DNA from: a virus
Virus record (IMG/VR): IMGVR_UViG_3300031977_002862
Span: 1 to 64,000 of that record
Length of the DNA stretch: 64,000 nucleotides
Reading direction: 5' to 3' (one strand)
Below are positions 57,869 through 64,000 of this stretch, in pieces (positions within the stretch are counted from its first letter, which is position 1; every line of letters starts with the position of its first letter). Both the position numbers and the translations under genes were made by a program. The notes under the pieces are model-generated. The model was not told the origin of the DNA and ran no database searches. It saw only the letters and a program-made list of their open reading frames with translations.

Positions 57869-57897
57869 TTGACAAGCTAGTCTTTTGGGCATATACT
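57869..57897 (+). promoter_or_regulatory. Orphan rightward sigma70 promoter
   Basis: TTGACA-17 bp-TATACT; -35 overlapped by the inverted repeat AAAAGACT...AGTCTTTT. Confidence 0.7.
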
Positions 57898-58128
57898 AGA
57901 GGCATATTCGGGGTCGTATTGAGTCCATACTTCACACTGAAGAATCGGATCGAGACCACCATTGAGGCTTTTCAAATATTTTTTTCTTTTGGGAGAGTTG
58001 AGGGGCTTCATTCGATACTCGCAGTAGCTTTCACCTCTTTTTTGGCAGGCTAGAATCTTTCTCTCGATGTGTTCGGAGTACAGAATACCTCCGGGGAGGA
58101 GAAGAAGAAAGAGAAGCACGGCACCCAT
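57877..58128 (-). CDS. Possible small membrane-anchored Cys-containing protein
   Basis: Hydrophobic N-terminus and four Cys; no clear SD; may be spurious. Confidence 0.3.
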   Translation of the reverse strand: MGAVLLFLLLLPGGILYSEHIERKILACQKRGESYCEYRMKPLNSPKRKKYLKSLNGGLDPILQCEVWTQYDPEYASSICPKD

Positions 58129-58196
58129 TTAGGCGTACCGTGTTTCGTCTTCGGTTTCAAAAATTGTGGGGCAGAGAGCGCGGCAGGAGGGTTCCT

Positions 58197-58415
58197 TTAG
58201 GCTTCTGCGTCTTGCGACTTTTTTGAGACAGTGTACCCTGCCTTTTCCCACTCTGCAATCGTGCGACACTTTTTCACTTTGCGTGAGCCAGTAACGGTTG
58301 CGACTTCTACACGAGCACAGAAAACTTCTCCGTCTTCGGATTTGGCGACATAATCTTTCTCATCTGCTAGAAGAGCGAAGGGCGAGAGAAGTACAGCGGC
58401 GAGTAAATATTTCAT
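58197..58415 (-). CDS. Small secreted/periplasmic protein (position of T5 llp)
   Basis: Signal peptide MKYLLAAVLLSPFALLA; C...TGS...C.T..EW pattern; SD AAGGA. Confidence 0.75.
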   Translation of the reverse strand: MKYLLAAVLLSPFALLADEKDYVAKSEDGEVFCARVEVATVTGSRKVKKCRTIAEWEKAGYTVSKKSQDAEA

Positions 58416-58464
58416 TTGATTGTTCCTTGTCTGGGCTTTGAAATCTTTGTTGATTTCGGTGCAT

Positions 58465-58519
58465 ATTATACAGGTCGTGTGTTGCTTTTTGATAAAGATT
58501 TTGTTAAGATTCGGTTAAG
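58465..58519 (-). promoter_or_regulatory. -10 element plus three 11-bp-spaced direct repeats (OmpR-family box-like)
   Basis: TATAAT at 58470-58465 with no consensus -35; plus strand TAAAG-N6-TTAAG-N6-TTAAG at 58493-58519. Confidence 0.55.
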
Positions 58520-58708
58520 ATTAGCACCATTTGCGGTTCAAAAATACCCCAAGTTGCGCATGAAGGTGGGCGCGAGCGCGCGCTTATAACTTTTGTCTAT
58601 AAACCGCCCCCTCTATATAACAAATTAATCTAAAAAAATATTTGCAAAGGGCTTGTGCTCTCGGTCGCGATATGCGAGAATCATCCTATCAATTAAGGAT
58701 GAAACGAA

Positions 58709-58906
58709 ATGACTAGCTACACAATCAGCCACTTTCAAAAGGTTAACGCTAACGCCAGCAAAGCAAGCCGCTTTGTCATTGAAGCTCACAACATCCGCAA
58801 CGCAATGCGGAAGCTTTGGGACGCTCACGGCGTCAACCTAATCAACGGCGACACCATCACATGGCAAGATGGCGGCCGCTTCCACCGTTTAATGATTAAC
58901 CAATAA
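58709..58906 (+). CDS. Pre-early-type hypothetical protein
   Basis: SD AAGGA; first ORF of the GC-richer segment. Confidence 0.65.
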   Translation: MTSYTISHFQKVNANASKASRFVIEAHNIRNAMRKLWDAHGVNLINGDTITWQDGGRFHRLMINQ

Positions 58907-58918
58907 GGGGGTCAGGTC

Positions 58919-59083
58919 ATGGCTTTTCTTCTGAAATTTTTGCTAGAGGCTTGGGCGATCATCGCGCTAATAATTGGCATGATTACTGCTTTCCTCGGCG
59001 CTCCGCTTTGGGCCGCCTTCCCAATCGTTTGCGCGATCGCTTGCGCTTATTCAGCAAGCCTCATTGATGAAATTCTGGAATAG
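58919..59083 (+). CDS. Small membrane protein, 54 aa (not in ORF track)
   Basis: MAFLLKFLLEAWAIIALIIGMITAFLGAPLWAAFPIVCAIACAYSASLIDEILE; SD GGGG. Confidence 0.6.
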   Translation: MAFLLKFLLEAWAIIALIIGMITAFLGAPLWAAFPIVCAIACAYSASLIDEILE

Positions 59084-59162
59084 GATATATTCCGGATTTT
59101 CTCTGGACTTTTTCAAAAACCGCAGGCATACTATGCCTGTTCAATCAACTAAAGGAGACGCT

Positions 59163-59465
59163 ATGTCTAACTACTCAACTTCAATGGTAACTGCTCTTCA
59201 ATCTCAATCTTGGGATTATGAGAGCGCCTCGGCCTTCGCTGCCGAGCACAATCTGTCGGTTCGTTCTGTCATCTCCAAGATTAAAAATCTTGACCTTGAC
59301 TATACGCCAAAGCCTAAGACGGTTTCCACCGCTGGCCCTCGCGTTGTCAAAGCTGACATTGTGGACGCCATCACCAAGGCGCTAGACGCTGACCCCGACT
59401 CGCTCGCGGGTCTGGCTAAAGCTGACGCTCGCGCACTCAACGCGCTATTGATGGCGATTAGCTAA
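59163..59465 (+). CDS. A2: T5 A2-like DNA-binding pre-early protein, copy 1
   Basis: SD AAGGAG, ATG at 59163; SVRSVISK..L..Y..K...KADIV..I...LAGLAKA...L resembles T5 A2 as I recall it; upstream TGGACT-17 bp-CATACT promoter. Confidence 0.72.
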   Translation: MSNYSTSMVTALQSQSWDYESASAFAAEHNLSVRSVISKIKNLDLDYTPKPKTVSTAGPRVVKADIVDAITKALDADPDSLAGLAKADARALNALLMAIS

Positions 59466-59665
59466 TGCTTATCAATGCCTCCGCTTGGGTTGGGACCGCT
59501 CTCATGGGGGCGGCTCCCTTCCTCATCGACTCGGCCACTGGTAAGATCATGGCAATTTTAGGGCTCGCGCTTTTATGCTTGCAAGCCTACGATAAAAAAT
59601 GCTACAATCTGATCATATTAAACTTGATAGGAATTTTCGGTTATGCTTCACACTTTTATCTTTGA
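59465..59665 (+). CDS. Small 3-TM membrane protein
   Basis: Three hydrophobic segments; coupled to both neighbours. Confidence 0.65.
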   Translation: MLINASAWVGTALMGAAPFLIDSATGKIMAILGLALLCLQAYDKKCYNLIILNLIGIFGYASHFYL

Positions 59666-60107
59666 TCTCGACGGCACGACCGTCAACTCTGATCACCGAC
59701 TCGGCGAGACTCTCGCAGACTGGCGCAGGATGAATACTCCCGCCAACATTATGCGAGATACTCCGCTCCCGTTGGCCGAGCAAATGCGCCAGGCCATCCG
59801 CGATGGTTTGGACGTTGTGATCTTGACCTCGCGTGTTATGGGTCACGCTGACCGCGTTTGGCTACATGCTCACGGCATGGTTGCCCCTGTCATTATGTCG
59901 CGGCATATCAGCGACAATCGTCCGGCTGGTGAATACAAGCTTGCTAAACTTCACGAGCTTGCCGTTGATCGTCGCGTCTCATTCCGCGATCTGGCCGCCT
60001 CGGTCGTCATGTGGGATGATGACTCGGATGTCCAACAAACTCTCGCAAATGCTGGCGTTCGCGTCATCGATCCTGTAAACTTCAATCAATTAGCAGAGGC
60101 TATCTAA
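59643..60107 (+). CDS. HAD-superfamily phosphatase
   Basis: Motif I FDLDGT, motif II ILTSR, motif III K, motif IV WDD. Confidence 0.85.
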   Translation: MLHTFIFDLDGTTVNSDHRLGETLADWRRMNTPANIMRDTPLPLAEQMRQAIRDGLDVVILTSRVMGHADRVWLHAHGMVAPVIMSRHISDNRPAGEYKLAKLHELAVDRRVSFRDLAASVVMWDDDSDVQQTLANAGVRVIDPVNFNQLAEAI

Positions 60108-60775
60108 TGAAACAGATTATCCTAACCCTTGACACTGAAACCGCAGACCTAACCGGTGATGTCTATGATGTTGGCTTTGTGGTTCATACGCGAGACGGTG
60201 AGATTCTCGAAACTTACAATGCGCTCGTTGAAGAGATCTTCACGGATGCTAAGAAAATGATGGGCGCATTCTATGCTTCAAAACTTTTCACCCACTACAG
60301 CAAAATGCTTTCCGAGCAATCTATCGGCTTTGCATCTTGGGGTGATATCGTTGCCAACATTCAACGCGCTATCGCGGAGCATGGCGTTACCACTATCGCC
60401 GCCTACAATCTCGGCTTTGACCGTCGTGTCATGCGAAACACTCACCGAGCGCTCGGCTTTTCTGGCTCCATTTGTCCGGCTGGCTTGCAACAGCTCGACA
60501 TCTGGCAATTTGCCTGCGAAACCAAATTGAGCCAAGCCACCTACAAAAAACTCGCTCGTGAGGCTGGCTGGGTTTCTGCCGCTGGCAATATCAAGACGGG
60601 CGCAGAATACGCATATCGATTTTGCTCTGGCGATTTTGGATTTATCGAAGATCATACCGCCTTGAGCGATGCTTTAATCGAGGTTCAGATTCTCGCGGCT
60701 TGCTTTGCAACCAAGAAAAAAATTCCGTATAATATCGTGAACGGCGCACCTTGGAGGATTGTAAACAATGGCTAA
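60107..60775 (+). CDS. DEDDh (DnaQ-like) 3'-5' exonuclease
   Basis: ExoI LDTET, ExoII AYNLGFD, ExoIII HTALSDA. Confidence 0.88.
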   Translation: MKQIILTLDTETADLTGDVYDVGFVVHTRDGEILETYNALVEEIFTDAKKMMGAFYASKLFTHYSKMLSEQSIGFASWGDIVANIQRAIAEHGVTTIAAYNLGFDRRVMRNTHRALGFSGSICPAGLQQLDIWQFACETKLSQATYKKLAREAGWVSAAGNIKTGAEYAYRFCSGDFGFIEDHTALSDALIEVQILAACFATKKKIPYNIVNGAPWRIVNNG

Positions 60776-60875
60776 AAAATTCGCAGCTCTGGCTTTCAAA
60801 GCCTATCTTGTTTATTCCGTCACCGCTGACTTGCTCGTCATCGCTGGCATAATTTACCTAATCTTTGGAGGCTAG
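60768..60875 (+). CDS. Small membrane peptide, 35 aa (not in ORF track)
   Basis: MAKKFAALAFKAYLVYSVTADLLVIAGIIYLIFGG; SD GGAGG upstream; its end carries the SD for ppk2. Confidence 0.6.
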   Translation: MAKKFAALAFKAYLVYSVTADLLVIAGIIYLIFGG

Positions 60876-60878
60876 AAA

Positions 60879-61487
60879 ATGCTCAAGGAACAACAAGCAA
60901 GACTCAATCGGATTTTAGACTCTCGGGGGCATGGCGGGATTGCCGTTGTGCTTGAAGGTCGCGACACTGCCGGAAAATCTAGCACGATTCGCGAGGTTAC
61001 GCATTATCTGAATCCGGCAAAATACAGCGTGCATCTCTCGCGCAAGCCTAGCAAATCCACCATGAAACACTGGCTCGGGTATTGGTCAAAACGAATGCCC
61101 GCAACGAATCAAATCGTATTTTACGATCGAAGCTGGTATTCTCGCGCAATGGTTCAACGCATGAACGGCTGGTGCTCAGAAACTCAATATGAGAATTTTC
61201 TGGCAAAGCATAAATCATGGGAAGAAAAGCAGGGCTTGCGTTTTATTAAATTCTGGCTTTCGATTTCAGAAGAGGAACAACGCCGCCGAATTGAACGCCG
61301 CAAAGCTTCGCCTCTCACCTATTGGAAATTTTCCGAGAATGACGAAAATGCGCTCTCGTATTATGACCGCATGACGCTCTTAAAGGAGCGCGTCATTGAT
61401 TCCGATTGGCACGTGATCGACTACAACGACAAGCGCCAGGGCATCCTTGACCTCACCACCCGCCTCTGTGACCTGCTAGAATCCTAG
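60879..61487 (+). CDS. ppk2: Polyphosphate kinase 2 (class I-like, compact)
   Basis: Walker A VLEGRDTAGKSSTI, Walker B FYDRSWYSR, KFWLSISEEEQ, lid R..SPL..WKFS.ND. Confidence 0.92.
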   Translation: MLKEQQARLNRILDSRGHGGIAVVLEGRDTAGKSSTIREVTHYLNPAKYSVHLSRKPSKSTMKHWLGYWSKRMPATNQIVFYDRSWYSRAMVQRMNGWCSETQYENFLAKHKSWEEKQGLRFIKFWLSISEEEQRRRIERRKASPLTYWKFSENDENALSYYDRMTLLKERVIDSDWHVIDYNDKRQGILDLTTRLCDLLES

Positions 61488-61494
61488 CAGGTTT
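61471..61494 (+). terminator. Hairpin spanning the ppk2 stop
   Basis: ACCTGCTAG-AATC-CTAGCAGGT-TT; short U tract. Confidence 0.45.
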
Positions 61495-61502
61495 CATGCC
61501 AA
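61487..61502 (-). promoter_or_regulatory. sigma54-type -24/-12 element (copy 1, imperfect)
   Basis: Minus strand TTGGCATGAAACCTGC, GG-N10-GC. Confidence 0.55.
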
Positions 61503-61508
61503 CTTTTT

Positions 61509-61524
61509 TGTTTCACGTGAAACA
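61509..61524. promoter_or_regulatory. parS: parS centromere site (perfect consensus palindrome)
   Basis: TGTTTCACGTGAAACA. Confidence 0.85.
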
Positions 61525-61538
61525 TGAGAAAAACGCGC

Positions 61539-61551
61539 TAACCCCTTGATT
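61539..61551 (-). promoter_or_regulatory. IHF binding site
   Basis: Minus strand AATCAAGGGGTTA matches WATCAANNNNTTR. Confidence 0.65.
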
Positions 61552-61657
61552 TTATTGGATTTTTGGCGCGCGGGCGCCAGTGCGAAAGTGAAGTTCTGAA
61601 CCTATGTGGCGCGCGTAAAATTTCGAGAGTGCAGTTTCGAGGCTATAGTCTCTTATA

Positions 61658-61673
61658 GCAAGAACCGTGCCAA
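61658..61673 (-). promoter_or_regulatory. sigma54-type -24/-12 element (copy 2, full consensus)
   Basis: Minus strand TTGGCACGGTTCTTGC(T) = TGGCACG-N4-TTGCW. Confidence 0.75.
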
Positions 61674-61694
61674 GTTTTCGGCGCGGCCGCGCCT

Positions 61695-61723
61695 ATTATA
61701 GTGCAGTTCCGAACCTATGTCAA
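61695..61723 (-). promoter_or_regulatory. Orphan leftward sigma70 promoter with GC-rich discriminator
   Basis: TTGACA-17 bp-TATAAT then AGGCGCGGCCGCGCC; no minus-strand ORF follows. Confidence 0.8.
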
Positions 61724-61779
61724 GAGTTTTTTACACTTGATGTGAAAAAAATTATTTCACCTAGTCTCCTAAAAAATTG

Positions 61780-61808
61780 TTGACACGGCTTGCTCCATCC
61801 CATATAAT
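61780..61808 (+). promoter_or_regulatory. Consensus sigma70 promoter for A2-like copy 2
   Basis: TTGACA-17 bp-TATAAT. Confidence 0.88.
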
Positions 61809-61853
61809 ATCCGCATTGATTGAGAGAACACACACAAACAAAAGGAAAAATTT

Positions 61854-62165
61854 ATGTCTGCATACACTGATAAAATGGTAAACGAACTCAAAGCTGTTGA
61901 CTCTTGGAACTACGACCTTGCCTCCGACTATGCCGCTCTGCACGGCCTGTCAGTACGCTCTGTCATCTCCAAGCTCAAGAACTTAGACATTGACTACACG
62001 CCCAAGCCTGTTGTCAAAGCAGCAAGCCCACGCATTCGCAAGGCTGACATTGTTGTCCAGATTGCCGAAGCATTAGGCATGGCTGACAATGCCGAAGCCC
62101 TGGCGGGATTGGAGAAAGCTGACGCACGCTCGCTCACTGCAGTGCTCAAGCAATTGCCCTGCTAA
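61854..62165 (+). CDS. A2: T5 A2-like DNA-binding protein, copy 2
   Basis: Clear paralogue of 59163-59465 (LSVRSVISK.KNLD.DYTPKP...PR..KADIV..I..AL...LAGL.KADAR.L). Confidence 0.75.
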   Translation: MSAYTDKMVNELKAVDSWNYDLASDYAALHGLSVRSVISKLKNLDIDYTPKPVVKAASPRIRKADIVVQIAEALGMADNAEALAGLEKADARSLTAVLKQLPC

Positions 62166-62181
62166 GGCTTGCTGAAACCAC

Positions 62182-62206
62182 AAAGCCCCGATAAGGGGCT
62201 TTTTTT
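62182..62206 (+). terminator. Rho-independent terminator after A2-like copy 2
   Basis: AAAGCCCC-GATAA-GGGGCTTT-TTTT. Confidence 0.85.
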
Positions 62207-62232
62207 ATGCCTGTAGAAAGCGCTCGGCGCCA

Positions 62233-62261
62233 ATTTTAGTGCCAAAGTGATGGCATGTCAA
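62233..62261 (-). promoter_or_regulatory. Second orphan leftward sigma70 promoter with GC-rich discriminator
   Basis: TTGACA-17 bp-TAAAAT then TGGCGCCGAGCG; same AAAAAACTC-TTGACAT upstream as the 61723 promoter. Confidence 0.7.
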
Positions 62262-62474
62262 GAGTTTTTTAAATTTTAGCACTTATTTAAGTTTTAGAAG
62301 GTCTTGTCGGGGCAAGAGCAAGTTTTTTTAACTTTTTAAGACTTTTGCAAGCAAATAAAACTTGACCCGAAGTGGTCGTGAGCGCCCGCCCCCGATAAAA
62401 TTTGCGTCTGCTCTCAGAAGCCCCGGAAAGTAAGAAAACCACCTAAATTTTGTGTAGATCTACCTATTTTTTAG

Positions 62475-62538
62475 GTAAAATTTACGGTTTTTAGTTTTTG
62501 ACGTGGTGCCTAAATTAGTTTTTTAAGTAAAATTTACG
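62475..62538 (+). repeat. Direct repeat GTAAAATTTACG x2 embedded in T tracts
   Basis: Copies at 62475-62486 and 62527-62538, each with CCTAAATT upstream. Confidence 0.75.
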
Positions 62539-62569
62539 ATTTTTTTCATAGGTCCGGTGTAAATATCTT

Positions 62570-62598
62570 TTGACACAGTTGCTCTCAGCTCGTATAAT
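62570..62598 (+). promoter_or_regulatory. Consensus sigma70 early promoter
   Basis: TTGACA-17 bp-TATAAT. Confidence 0.88.
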
Positions 62599-62621
62599 AT
62601 ACGGAAATTAGGAGCAAAATT

Positions 62622-63032
62622 ATGATGTTAAAAAAGTTAGAGATTGCAAGAATTACGATGGAGTTGGTATCCGACTACTTCGGGCTGCACGGCACTCGTG
62701 TTAAAGTTGTGCCCACCAGAGAAGTAGGAGACCAAGATAACGCGTACCTCAAGCCCATTTCGGACTGGGAGTATGAGATCGAAGTGCATCCTGACTTTAT
62801 GAAAAACTCTACAGAAGAAGAGTTAGTCAAAGTTATTGCTCACGAAATGACTCACGTAAAACAGTATGAATACGACGACCTTGAACTTGGTGTGAAGTGC
62901 CAATACTGGAAAGGTGAGATATATGACGAAGAGGTCGAAGGCTACTGGTTTATGCCTTGGGAGATTGAAGCCCGAGGTTATGAAGCAGCCTTCTGGGCTC
63001 TTTATTCAGACAAATGGGAGCAGTATGTCTAG
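62622..63032 (+). CDS. Zincin-like (HExxH) metallopeptidase-domain protein
   Basis: IAHEMTHVKQY...YW.MPWEIEARG; SD AGGAG. Confidence 0.75.
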   Translation: MMLKKLEIARITMELVSDYFGLHGTRVKVVPTREVGDQDNAYLKPISDWEYEIEVHPDFMKNSTEEELVKVIAHEMTHVKQYEYDDLELGVKCQYWKGEIYDEEVEGYWFMPWEIEARGYEAAFWALYSDKWEQYV

Positions 63033-63210
63033 GCAAGAAATTATGTATAAAATGGATAAGTTCGGTGAGCAGTACGGACATAAGTATGTACTCAACGAAT
63101 TTATGCTCTATATGAACGATAATCAACTGAAGGAATTTTATGACGCATTCAAAAGGCTTCATCCACAATCTTATTATGACGACGAAGGGAACCTACTTGG
63201 ACAAGATTGA
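63025..63210 (+). CDS. Hypothetical early protein
   Basis: ATG at 63025 with SD GGGAG, overlapping the upstream stop. Confidence 0.6.
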   Translation: MSRQEIMYKMDKFGEQYGHKYVLNEFMLYMNDNQLKEFYDAFKRLHPQSYYDDEGNLLGQD

Positions 63211-63279
63211 TATGGCTTACTGGGTTGGCTTTCTTTGTGGTGTGATTACACTAAAACTTGTTCTGTTAGGAGTGCTAAT

Positions 63280-63579
63280 ATGGTCAATATAACGGAACCG
63301 CTAGAAAAGGTAAATGAGGAATTCTCTGAAACTCTGAAAAGCCTTGAAGATGGTGAAAACTATTGGAACTATCGAGTAGTAAAACGAGGTTCGTATTATG
63401 GTATTCACGAAGTACATTACTGCCAAGGCGGAAAGATTGAGTTGATAAGTGAAAATCCTATAGCTATCGAAGCTGATAGCAAAGAAAGTGTAAAATGGAT
63501 AATGAGAATGATGCAAGCCAACTGGGTTTTGCCTACAATCGACTACGATACGTTGGAGGAAATTGATGACATTGTATGA
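63280..63579 (+). CDS. Hypothetical early protein
   Basis: ATG at 63280 with SD AGGAG; WNYRVV...YGIHEVHY pattern common in phage early proteins. Confidence 0.65.
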   Translation: MVNITEPLEKVNEEFSETLKSLEDGENYWNYRVVKRGSYYGIHEVHYCQGGKIELISENPIAIEADSKESVKWIMRMMQANWVLPTIDYDTLEEIDDIV

Positions 63580-63727
63580 AATCTTTATGATGCCTGTGGA
63601 GCTGTTCAAGATTGCATTTGCTCTTGTAATCTGGGGCATGATGGTAATGGGAATCTATGAGTTTGTATTCAAATGGCTTGATGCGAACTCCCTAATTGAG
63701 AGGGTAAAGAAATGGCTGAAGCGCTAG
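63566..63727 (+). CDS. Small membrane protein, 53 aa (not in ORF track)
   Basis: MTLYEIFMMPVELFKIAFALVIWGMMVMGIYEFVFKWLDANSLIERVKKWLKR; SD GGAGG. Confidence 0.55.
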   Translation: MTLYEIFMMPVELFKIAFALVIWGMMVMGIYEFVFKWLDANSLIERVKKWLKR

Positions 63728-64000
63728 GTTTTTTATTCTTTTTTGCTGTAGGAATTTGTGGCTGTATTTACGGATTGATAGAGGATAATGAAGATGATTG
63801 AAGCAATGGCGGCAGCACTTTTTGGAGTGTCTTGTTTAGCAATCATAATGTGGGCTTATAAAAAAGATTTGGACAACTTTGATAGAAAGTACCATAAAAG
63901 TGATAAACATTATCGAGATAAGGACCACACATGAAGAATAAACTTGACAGATTTATTGAAGTATTGGACATAACAGTAATAATTCTATGTACACTAATGA

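Noticed and set aside
58560-61700. GCGC-rich tracts as T5-type single-strand nick sites
   Set aside because: A nicking endonuclease is present, but its recognition sequence cannot be inferred here, and several tracts coincide with promoter discriminators.
62229-62244. Third sigma54 element (minus strand TGGCACTAAAATTGG)
   Set aside because: It lacks the conserved -12 GC and overlaps a sigma70 promoter spacer and -10.
61560-62270. CRISPR-like or mini-array in the repeat-rich non-coding region
   Set aside because: Repeats are degenerate, irregularly spaced and explained as promoter-like units; there are no constant repeats with unique spacers and no cas genes.
1-64000. tRNA/rRNA genes, integrase, introns or inteins, stop-codon reassignment
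   Set aside because: No cloverleaf or rRNA-like stretch was recognised by eye; polymerase, RNR and terminase are uninterrupted and of normal length; TAA, TAG and TGA all act as stops.

Overview
This window is roughly half of a lytic T5-like siphovirus genome (Demerecviridae-like), probably from a marine phage of a non-enteric gammaproteobacterium. 1-16,053 (+): T5-ordered replication block (D5, D6 helicase, primase, family A polymerase, PhoH, a free-standing HNH, D10-D15), then class Ia nrdA/nrdB. 16,076-57,788 (-): late virion block with a lateral-appendage cassette, a 4,794-aa tail-tip/fibre fusion, Dit, tape measure, tail chaperones, tail tube, a fused protease-capsid gene, portal, nicking HNH, terminase and a putative receptor-binding module. 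About 58,600-62,600: a visibly GC-richer, T5 pre-early/terminal-repeat-like segment with two A2-like paralogues, a HAD phosphatase, a DEDDh exonuclease and polyphosphate kinase 2; AT-rich early genes follow. Two signals stand out. (1) A (G/S/T)-S-P-(D) motif is strongly over-represented in the virion proteins but not the enzymes and uses mixed codons, suggesting a virion-wide modification or binding sequon. (2) A non-coding array at 61.47-61.73 kb packs a perfect parS palindrome, an IHF site, two sigma54-type elements and an orphan leftward sigma70 promoter, where T5 has its injection-stop region. Other points: a candidate +1 UUU_CGC chaperone frameshift, an internal Shine-Dalgarno start in the protease-capsid fusion, and in-frame direct repeats in the fibre. 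All assignments come from motif reading, recall of T5 proteins and gene order; no searches were run.
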